Positions 49,087 to 59,104 of a stretch of 64,000 nt of DNA are shown piece after piece. This DNA is from Chiloscyllium plagiosum (lineage: Eukaryota). Position numbers and translations under genes: made by a program. Positions within the stretch are counted from its first letter, which is position 1. Each line of letters starts with the position of its first letter. The stretch spans positions 4,812,887 through 4,876,886 of the forward strand of contig NC_057753.1 in NCBI RefSeq assembly GCF_004010195.1. The letters run 5' to 3'. Under the pieces are notes generated by a model that was given only the letters and a program-made list of their open reading frames with translations, had not been told where the DNA came from and made no database searches.

Positions 49087-51740
49087 AGAGTCCGAGAGAT
49101 GTACAGCACGGAAACAGATCCTTCAGTCCGACCCGTCCATGCCGACCAGATATCCCAACCCAATCTAGTCCCACCTGCCAGCACACGGCCCATATCCCTC
49201 CAAACCCTTCCTATTCATATACTCATCCAAATGCCTCTTAAATGTTGCAATTGTACCAGCCTCCACCACTTTTTTTCTGGCAGCTCATTCCATACACATA
49301 CCACCCTCTGTGTGAAAAAGTTGCCCCTTAGGTCTCTTTTATATCTTTCCCCTCTCACCCTAAACNNNNNNNNNNNNNATCTTTTCTGAACCCTTTCAAG
49401 TTTCACAACATCTTTCCAATAGGAAGGAGACCAGAATTGCATGCAATATTCCAACAGTGGCCTAACCAATGTCCTGTACAGCCGCAACATGACCTCCCAA
49501 CTCCTGTACTCAATACTCTGACCAATAAAGGAAAGCATACCAAACACCTTCTTCACTATCCTATCTACCTGCAACTCCACTTTCAAGGTAACACAGGGAA
49601 CTTTGGTATTCTTTATAACATAAACAGTAAATTTACAGGAATACTATGTGTCTTGCTTTCCAGTTCAGCTTGAAACACAGGTCAAAACTCAGTCTCCAGA
49701 GCCTTCCATCGCCTGATTGGAAGCAGGATAACTTCAAACTTCTTGCACACCTTGGTTATTAAAAGAAGCTGCTGATTAACCCTTTCCATGCCACAACCCT
49801 GAAGAAGGACTCGGGTCCGAAATGTCGATTCTCCTGCTCCTTGGGATGCTGCCTGACCTGCTGCGCTTTTCCAGCAACACATTTTCAGCTCATGCCCACA
49901 ACCCCAAGCAAGATTAATTCCATCACATACTGTAGCTAGGTGAGGGTTATTGCTAATTGGGTTGAAGGGTCACCTCCCACAGTCACGTGTCTAGCTACTG
50001 ATGGGGCCATCTTCATTCAACTTTGTTATTCTCGCGTCATTAAGAGAATATTTGAAATGTTCTGTAGTTTAACGAAACAGGAAGGCAAGACCACATGATG
50101 ACCATCCACATCCTTCAGTTCGAGTCATGGTTCTTGCTCAATTTTGCCAAAATCCAATAAAATCAGACACTTTCTTTATCCCTGAACATTTGACCAACTT
50201 CTGCAGCTGTTAACAACAGCAGCGAAAACTTTACAAGAGCTGGGAACCGAATTCATTTGACAGATAGAAGGTATAATTGGGACCAATTCTCGTGGAATTC
50301 ATTTCAAACTTTTAAATTTGAACAAATTGTGGAATAGGAACAATTGAGATTTTTTTTTTAACTGACCATTCGGACTCTGTCAGACTTTGATATTCAGTGG
50401 TGTTCTCAGTGCTGAAGTCAGAGTTTACACCTAGCCCTGAAACCTCTCATTGCAATGAGCAACTGTCGGTAAGTCAAACCAATTTAATGTTTGCTAGACT
50501 TACCATTTGTCACTTTGCTTTGCTCCAACAGAAACATCAGGCTTTCAGAGCAAGTAATAATTCCTCCTAATGCAGAAGCAAACAATGCAGGGAGAACTTA
50601 ATGGGTCAGACAACATCTGCTGGAGTGGACAAATAATGTTTTGGTCACTTAGTCATAGAGATGTACAGCACAGACCAGATATCCCAAACCCTTCCTATTC
50701 GTATACCCATTCAGATGCCTTTTTAATTGTACTAGCCTCCACCACTTCCTCTGGCAGCTCATTCCATAGACACACCACCCTCTGCATGAAAACGTTGCCC
50801 CTTGGGGGCCTTTTATATCTTTCCCCTCTCACCCTAAACCTATGCCCTCTAGTTCTGGACTCCCCCGCCCCAGGCAAAAGACCTTGTCTATTTATCCTAT
50901 CCATGCCCCTCATGAATTTATAAACCTCTATAAGATCACCCTCAGCCTCCGAAGCTCCAGGGAAAACAGCCCCAGCCTGTTCAACCTTTCCCTAGAGCTC
51001 AGTTCCTCAAACCCTGGCAACATCCCTGTAAATCTTTTCTGAACCCTTTCAAGTTTTACAACATCTTTCCGATAGGTTCTGCAAACCTTTCCCATTCTGA
51101 GCAATGGGTTATAGCTAAAACCAAATCAGAAATTGCTGGAGAAACCCAGCAGGTTTTGCAGCATCAGTTGGAAGAAAGCAGAGTTAGTGTTTGAGTCCAG
51201 TGACTCTTCTTCAGAACTAAGAAGGTTTACAGATTTCTGCACAAATTAAATAGGATAGTGAAGAAGGCGTTTGGGATGCTTTCCTTTATCGGTCAGACTA
51301 TTGAGTACAGGAGTTGGGAGGTCATGTTGCGGCTGTACAGGATATGGGTTAGGCCACTTTTGGAACATTGAGTGCATTTCTGGTCTCTCTCCCTATCGGA
51401 AGGATGTTATGAAACTTGAAAGGGCTCAGAAAAGATTTACAAGAATGTTCCCAGGATTGGAGAATTTGAACTATAGGTAGAGGTTGAACAGGCTGGGGCT
51501 GTTTTCCCTGGAGCATCGGAGGCTGAGGGGTAACCTTATAGAGGTTTATGAAATCATGAGGGGCATGGATAGGGTAAATAGACAAAGTCTTTGCCCTGGG
51601 GAAGGGGGAGTCCAGAACTAGAGGGCATAGGTTTAGGGTGAGAGACGGTGGTGCGTGTATGGAATGAGCTGTCAAAGGACATGCTGGAGGCTGGTACAAT
51701 TACAACATTTAAAGGGCATCTAGATGGGTACATGAATAGT
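49087..51740. mobile_element. Three separate CR1/HER1-like 3' fragments (49087-49588 minus; 50650-51075 minus; 51250-51740 plus)
   Basis: Characteristic ORF2 C-terminal peptides. Unique sequence lies between them. Confidence 0.75.
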
Positions 51741-51744
51741 CGAA

Positions 51745-52190
51745 GTGTGAGATGCTGGAAAAGCACAGCCGGTCAAGCAGCATCCGAAAAGCAGGAGAAT
51801 CAATGTTTCAGGCATAAGTCCTTCATCAGGAATGAGGCTTGTGGCCAAAGGAAGTGGGAAGATAAATGGGAGGGGGATGGGGCTGGGGAGACGGTAGCTG
51901 AGAGGGCAATAGGTAGATGGAGGTGGGGGTAATGGTGATAGGTTGGAGAGGAGGGTGAAGCGGATAGATGGGAAGGAAGATGGACAGGTAGGACAGTTCA
52001 AGAGGGTGGTGCATGGGATCAATGTGGATTTCACCAGTTTCCTCATTTTCCCTTCCCCACACCTTATCCTAGATCCAACCTTCCAACTTGACAAGGTGGA
52101 GGGTCCCAAGGCGGAAGATGAGGTGTTCTTCCTTCAGACATCAAGTGGCGGAGTGGGAGGGGGAGTTCAAGTATTCGGCCACAGGGCAGT
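51745..52190. mobile_element. Penelope-like terminal fragments in mixed orientation
   Basis: gctggaaaagcacagc...ccttcatcaggaatg plus gggatcaatgtggatttcaccagtttcctc. Confidence 0.65.
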
Positions 52191-53019
52191 GGTTGCAGTT
52201 TTTCGGTGTGGCACGTCGGCACTGGCAATTAATGAGTTGAGCACTGTATCCTTCAAAATAGTTATCTGTATTTGTAATATTTTCCTTACTGTCCATCACC
52301 TTGATAAATTATGATCTCTCTACCTGAATTAGTTCGTGCAGTTTTGGATGACTGATTACTTTGTTCAGACCCTTGGCATGCCACTCTTATGCTTACCATG
52401 TTATCCCAGTCAGGTAAAAACTGAAAGAACTGCAGACGCCGTAAATGAGGAGCAGGGGCAGGGGGTCGCTGGGTTGTGGGTGGGAGGGAGGGGAAGCGGG
52501 GGCAGCTCTGTGGGTCTGATGGCATCTATGAGGGAAAAATCAAAGTTAACGCTTGAGGTCTGGTGATCCTTCCCTCTGGTTTTTCTGCACAGAAGCTGTC
52601 GGACCTGCTGAGCTTTTCCAGCAGCTTCTGTTTTCGTTGCATTGTATTTATTTGCAGTTATTTGATTTGTCTCCAGCACCAGCTTAATTTTAATTTTTTT
52701 TTGGGGGGGGGGCATTATGTCTGTGCCTCACCTAATGGGATTGTAGGGTCGTCCTTTCGGTTGCTATTCAGCTGTTGACACACCTCACTCGCACCAGCTA
52801 ACCCCCTTGGGTCACCTGCAGAGACTTATTATTCCACACTCTGCTCACAACCATTTAATGCCTGATCTTTTTTGATCTGTCTGCCCATAAATTCTGCTCT
52901 CTCTGTGTGCTTCTCCCTCTCACTTTCACCGCTCGGAAAGCTTGTGATTTCAAATAAACAGGTTGCACCCTGCAGCCTGGTGTCCTGTTTGACGTCTGAC
53001 CTGACCCAGCACCTCCACA

Positions 53020-53420
53020 CGTCTCGTCTGCAAAGCCCGGCTGCCCCGCAGGAGTCCCGCCTGAGCCCCCAACAAAGATGGCGGCGAGGCCCTCATCCGT
53101 TCGTCCCCGGCCAACCGCGGGACGGGGGAAGTTTCTCCATTCGGGCCTGACACCGTGCACCCGATACTCACGAACCCCCCTCCCCCCGCCACAGGCGCTG
53201 CCACCTTTCCGCGGCTGTCTGCTGTCGCTGCCCCTTTAACCCCTACACCCTCTAACGCCACACTTCAGGCAGTGCGGCTGCGCGGTTCCCGCTGGGCGGG
53301 GCGAGGCATTCGTCACGTTCCCGGTCCCGCCCCCACCTTCGCTTGGATTGGTTGGAGCGAAAGACCACCCACCTCCTCCTATTGGACGTAGGATGCCGTC
53401 AATCAACCGGCTCCCAGCGT
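53020..53420 (-). promoter_or_regulatory. CpG-rich promoter paralog (orphan)
   Basis: CCCCCAACAAAGATGGCGGCG at 53066, GC boxes, and ATTGG-N10-CCGTCAATCA at 53381-53405, in the same orientation as the 24-kb island. Confidence 0.68.
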
Positions 53421-55015
53421 GAGCTGGACATTTCGCTTTTATGAATGGGGTGCAGCAGCAAGAACGTTCCACTGAGTCTCTACAAATCTCATGCTCATCC
53501 CGAGCATCAGGAAAGATGTCAAGGAGGGACAGGAGAAACTGCCGAGAGACCAACTCTCACTTCACGTAAGGAAGTTAAAAATAACATCAAATCCCAGGTT
53601 ATAATCCGACATCTTTATCTGGAAGCACTAGCTGTTGGGAGTTCTGCTCCTTCAGCAGGTGATAAGGGGAAGGAGACTTTGTTTGCTAAGTCCACCCTCC
53701 CAGCAACTCCATCCTGCGATAATGGAGTTGCAATCCTACGTAAAACGAAGAACTGCAGGTGCTGGAGTCTGGAACAGAAACTGATGGCAAAACTAAGCAG
53801 TGTAGTTATATAGAGAGTCATACAGTATGGAAACAGACCCATTCGGTCCAACTCGTCCCTGCTGACCAGATATCTTAAACTGATCTAATCACATTTGCCA
53901 GGATCTGGCCCACATCCCTCTAAACCCTTCCTATTCGTATCCCCATCCAGCTGCCTCTTACATGTCATAATTGTACCAGCCTCCACCACTTCTTCTGGCA
54001 GCTCGCTCCATATATGTACCACCCTCTACCTGAAAAAGTTGCCCCATAGTTTTAAATCTGTCCTCTCTCGCCTTAAACCTACTTAGCCTATCCATGCCCC
54101 TCATGATTTTACAAATCTCTAAAAGATCACCCCTCAGCTTCCGAGGCTGCAGGGAAAAGAGCCCCAGCCTATTCAGCCTCTCCCTATAAGTCAAACCTTC
54201 CACACCTGGCAATATCCTTGAAAAATCTTTTCTGAACCCTTTCAAGTTTAACACTTTTCCCATAACACGGAGACCAGTAGTGGACAAAGTTAGAAATCAC
54301 ACAACACCAGGTTAGAGTCCAACAGGTTTACAAACTTGACTTTTAACTTTGTCCACCCTAGTCCAACATCTGCACCTCTGTGGAGAGATAGTAGAGTTAA
54401 CAATTCGAGTTAGGCGAGTCTATCAGAACTGCTAACCAATCTTACCAATTAATCCACTTCAATTTATCTGTGACAGGGAAATACGATTGTTCTTCTTCAC
54501 TTTGTATTTACTCAAAATTATCAGATCTTTAATTGGAACGATCAGATGATTTTGTCCTCTATGGAGCTTGATTTTCGAGGATTGCAAAATTTTCACTTTT
54601 CTCTGTCGATCTTATTCAGAAAAGCTGCAAGGGTTGGGAGTCAGAGTTTCACAGCATGCAAAAGAGGCCCTTCAGCCCATCACGTCTGCACCAAACGATG
54701 GGAGAGATAACACAGCATTTGTGTGGCAAAGTTCAGTGACATGTGATCACTTACCAGTGGACGTGAGACATATAACTCAAATAGTGATAGCCACTGTAAG
54801 TGTACAGGACGGAAACAGACCCTTTGGTCAAACCCGTCCATGCTGACCAGATATCCCAACCCAATGTAGTCCCACCTGCCAGCACCCAGCCCATATCCCT
54901 CCAAACCCTTCCTATTCATATACCCATCCAAATGCCTTTTAAGTGTTGGTGATCACTTACCAGTGGACGTAAGACATATAACTCAAATAGTGATAGCCAC
55001 TGTAAGTGACCCTAT

Positions 55016-55712
55016 AGAGTCATAGATATGTACAGGACGGAAACAGACCCTTTGGTCCAACCCGTCCATGCCGACCAGATATCCCAACCCAAACTAGTCC
55101 CACCTGCCAGCACCCAGCCCGTATCCCTCCAAACCCTTCCTATTCATATACCCATCCAGTGTTGCAATTGCACCAGCCTCCACCACTTCCTCTGGCAGCT
55201 CAATCCATACACGCACCACTCTCTGTGTGAGAAAGTTGTCCCATACGTCTCTTTTATATCTTTCCCCTCTCATCCTAAACCTATGCCCTCTAGTTCTGGA
55301 CTCCCCGACCCCAGGGAAAAGACTTTGCCTATTTACCCTATTCATGTCCCTCATAATTTTGTAAACCTTTATAAGGTCACTCCTCAGCCTCCGACACTCC
55401 AGGGAAAACAGCCCGAGCCTGTTCAGCCTCTCCCTATAGCTCAAATCCTTCAACCCGGGCAACATCCCTGTAAATCTTTTCTGAACCTTTTTAAATTTCA
55501 CAACATCTTTCTGATAGGAAGGAGACCAGAATTGCACGCAATATTCCAAAAGTGGCCTAACCAATATCCTGTACAGCCGCAACATGACCTCCCAACTCCT
55601 GTACTCAATAGTCTGACCAAGAAAGGAAAGCATACCAAACGCCTTCTTCATTATCCTATCTACCTACCTGTGACTCCACTTTCAAGGAGCTATGAACCTG
55701 CACTCCAAGGTC
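55016..55712 (-). mobile_element. Young CR1/HER1-like LINE 3' fragment
   Basis: An uninterrupted 185-aa ORF2 C-terminus (55094-55651) and tail ctatgactcta. Confidence 0.9.
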
Positions 55713-55844
55713 TCAATAAGAAAGGAACCAAGATGGAGCAGACCCACCCAGCTGGAGAGGTACAGAAGGGGATCATGTATCTACTGAACCTCTCTCACAC
55801 ATCCTGTTTTCTGATTTCCGGCATCTTCAGTTTATCGCTTCAAT

Positions 55845-56075
55845 AAAAAGCTGGTCCCTGTGATACTGACGTTGTCATTGTAACTCACCAGTCCCGCTAA
55901 TGGTCTTTAAGAAAAGGGATCTGTTGTCCTGGTATATATGTGACTCCAAAATCACCCTGATGTGGCTGACTCTTAACAGTAAAACAGCGGAGCTAGCTGA
56001 TATGTTTAAGGTTAATTAGGGTGGGACAACAGATGTTGAAGTTGCCAGTTACGCACACGTTCCTGAAAGAATACT
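55845..56075 (+). mobile_element. Decayed DeuSINE (SacSINE1-like) 3' part
   Basis: ctaatggtctttaagaaaagggatctg...atgtgactcca...atgtggctgactcttaac...attagggtgggacaa resembles the Deu-domain and tail layout as recalled, without an alignment. Confidence 0.45.
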
Positions 56076-56133
56076 GAAAACAAAGGGTTGACTTTATGGA
56101 GGAGGGGTTGGTGACGGCAAGTGATTTGTACTG

Positions 56134-56425
56134 GGCAGCACAGTGCCTAGCACTGCACCCTCACAGTGCCAAGGACCTGGATTTGATTCTAACATTGGGC
56201 GACTGTCTGTGCAGAGTTCGCACGTTCTCCCCGTGACTGCGTGGATTTTCTGCACCGCTTTCCCCTCACAGTCCACAGATGTTCAGGTTGGGTTGGATTG
56301 GCTATTCAAAATGCAGGATTATCGATCAAGAGTTGGGGAGGGCTGGGTTTGGGTGGGATTTACTTCGGAGGGTCGGCGCAAAACTTGAATGGCCAGTTGG
56401 CCTCTTTCCTCACTGTCGAGAGTCT
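56134..56425 (+). mobile_element. Diverged HE1-type SINE
   Basis: HE1 consensus. Confidence 0.8.
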
Positions 56426-56778
56426 AAAACTAAACAAAAAAACCTTGTCTTTTGGTGCAAACCTCCTAGCAGGGAGGTTTTATTCCAAAGCATATCATGT
56501 GACTCACTTCTTAAAGAGACACCATCCACCATAACTTGCACCAACTATAACACTTAACCGTAATCATGAATCCCTTCACAGGGAATGAACCTGTATTTGA
56601 AGATAATCAGAGGATTCAACAGTATGTGTTGACGCAAAATTGATTTATTTGACTTTTATCTGGAATACTAACACCTACAACTGGGCTGGAGCTTATCAAC
56701 GTCAGCAATAAACAGATCCCAATGGATGTGGTGTAGTAGCCCTGGCTGTGACAAAACCGCAGTATGTAATCACTGTTG

Positions 56779-57564
56779 TTATTTGTGAACGCGCTTATGC
56801 CCAAGAAGGTGGGATGACCGAGTGAATCCCTTCCCGCACTCCGAGCAGGTGAATGGCCTCTCACCGGTGTGAGCACGTTGGTGGACAGTGAGCTGAGATG
56901 AGTGCTTGAACCCAGTCCCGCAGTGGGAGCACCTGAACGGTCTCTCATTCGTGTGGACGCGTTGATGGGACATCAGTTCCCCGGAGCTTTTATAGCCCTT
57001 CCCACAGTCTGGGCACTGAAAAGGTCTCTCATCGGTGTGAACGCGCCGGTGTCTCAGTAAGTTGGACGACTGAGTGAAGCCCTTCCCGCACTCAGGGCAG
57101 GCGAACAGCCTCTCCCCGGTGTGAAGTCGTTGGTGTATCAGGAGGGTGGACGACTGAGTGAATCTCTTCCCACAGTCAGAACAAGTGAATGGCCTCTCCC
57201 CGGTGTGAATGGTCTGGTGTCTCAGCAAGATGGATAACCGGGTGAATTCCTTCCCACACTCAGAGCAGGGGAACGGTCTCTCTCCGGTGTGAACGCGCTG
57301 GTGCCTCAGCAGGGTGGAAGACTGAGTAAATCCCTTGCCACACTCCGAGCAGGTGAAGGGCCTCTCCCCAGTATGACTGCGCCGGTGAGTTTCCAGCTCA
57401 GAAGGGGATTTGAATCCTTTCCCACAGTTCCCGCATTTCCACGGTTTCTCCACCATGTCACTGCGCTGATGTCTCAACAGGCCAGATGACCGGCTGAAGC
57501 CTCGTCCACACACAGAACAGACGTACGGTTTCTCCCCGCTGTGAATGGCGCTTTCTCCTTCCAT
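56779..57564 (-). CDS. C2H2 zinc-finger protein, 8 canonical fingers plus 1 degenerate (ZNF gene 4)
   Basis: Distal part of ORF 56779-57837 starting [14 protein letters not shown] at 57564. Acceptor near 57670-57674. AATAAA on the minus strand near 56644-56649. Confidence 0.92.
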   Translation of the reverse strand: MEGESAIHSGEKPYVCSVCGRGFSRSSGLLRHQRSDMVEKPWKCGNCGKGFKSPSELETHRRSHTGERPFTCSECGKGFTQSSTLLRHQRVHTGERPFPCSECGKEFTRLSILLRHQTIHTGERPFTCSDCGKRFTQSSTLLIHQRLHTGERLFACPECGKGFTQSSNLLRHRRVHTDERPFQCPDCGKGYKSSGELMSHQRVHTNERPFRCSHCGTGFKHSSQLTVHQRAHTGERPFTCSECGKGFTRSSHLLGHKRVHK

Positions 57565-57981
57565 GTTCAAAATCCGACGATATTCAGGTGACGGTAAATT
57601 GGCTGCCTCAGTCGGATCCTGATGTGATGCTTTGTAGCTTCCCGACTGCAAATCTCCTTGCTCTAATATCCTCTGACTTTGATTTGAAACGGGAACGAGG
57701 TGAAGTGAGAGGACCCCACAGAAACGCAAAGGCGGATTCTGACACTGAGCTGAATGAATGTTGCAATTTATGGGGTTGACACCCAGCAACGTGAGCCCGA
57801 AAGCTGCCAGATTCTCATAAAAACACAACTGGCTCACTACTGTCTAGATTACAGGGGTGCTGGAAAAGCACAGCAGGTCAGGCAGCATCCGAGGAGCAGG
57901 AAAATCGACGGTTCGAGCAAAAGTCCTTCATCAGGAATCTGTCCACCCTGTCTGGACCTACACAAGACTGGCCACAGTGAA

Positions 57982-58052
57982 GCAGAGACACAGAGAGAGA
58001 GGGGCAAAGAGAGACGGAGAGAGAGAGAGGGAGACAGAGACAGAGAGAGACA
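57982..58052. repeat. Imperfect (AG)n/(AGAC)n microsatellite
   Basis: gagacacagagagagagggg...gagagagagagggagacagagacagagagagac. Confidence 0.75.
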
Positions 58053-58189
58053 AAACATGAATTTTATTTATTTACAAACTCAAGCAAACCTTTAAGAGCA
58101 TCTCCCAAATCCTGAACTTCCAGCCCGTCGGAGGATAGCAGGTGTATCTGAACACACCGACTTCCCTCGATGTCACACACCATCCTGAC

Positions 58190-58630
58190 TGGTCTGAAAT
58201 TCAGTAGCGGATAAGCAGACACCTCCTCCATTTAAATATCGGCAAGATTGAAGCTATTGACTTTAATCCTCACTACAAACCCCACTCCCTCACCAGTGAC
58301 TCCATTCCTCTCCCTGGTAACTGTCTGACTAGCTAAAGCAGGCTGTTCACAATCATGGGAAAATATTTAACCTCAAGAAGAGCTTCCACGTACATCATCC
58401 CCTGTTTCCATCTCAGTAACATCGCCTGACTGCACCCTGGCCGCAGCTCATTTGCCGCTGCAAATCCCATCCATTGGTTTGTCATCTCCAGACTGAACTG
58501 TTCTTTAACAACCTCCTGGCCGGCCTCCCACGTTCAACCTCCCTATTTCCTCGAAGTCATCCAAAGGTCACGTGGTTATTGTCAACAACCGTTGTTCGCC
58601 TCTCACCCACGTGCTTACAGACCTGTAAAT
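58190..58630 (+). mobile_element. Ancient L2-clade LINE RT C-terminal fragment
   Basis: Reads LHLNIGKIEAI...FHLSNIA*LHP...IHWFVISRL...LLAGLP, matching the L2 consensus LNxxKTE...FHLRNIARIRP...IHAFITSRLDYCNSLLAGLP. Confidence 0.7.
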
Positions 58631-59104
58631 GCTCCCATTTGAAAAAAAAAACTTCTAAAACTAAGTAACATAATATATGGAACATCCAAACAAACTCTAA
58701 ACTGAAATCGAATTTGTCAGCTACTTTCACTGGTTACAATTTGAAAACCTCCCCTGACACCCGCAGCTAGAAAGGCATCAGCAAACTGGATTCAGAGAAA
58801 CATCTCACAGAGGAGGTAAAGTCACTGTGCAATTGTCGCACCCAGGAACCCAGGGGCCTTCGGGTCTGTGCAGACCAGAGATCACCACACATTGTGGGAG
58901 GATGGGAGATTCTCACAACAGGTTCAACTAAGGTAGAGAGAACCAATTTATTGCCAATAGCTGATCTCCTGTGGAGTAGGGACGGATTGAGGGTTTGAAG
59001 TTCAACAGATGGGGAGATGTGCTTACAACATTTTCACAACATTTGCTGCAAGGGGGTGGGGGAATAGAATGGGGTGATTGATTTCAAAGCGAAATTTAAT
59101 GCAC

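Noticed and set aside
55028..55846. 272-aa plus-strand ORF
   Set aside because: It is the antisense frame of a young CR1 fragment, and the same peptide recurs at other LINE copies.
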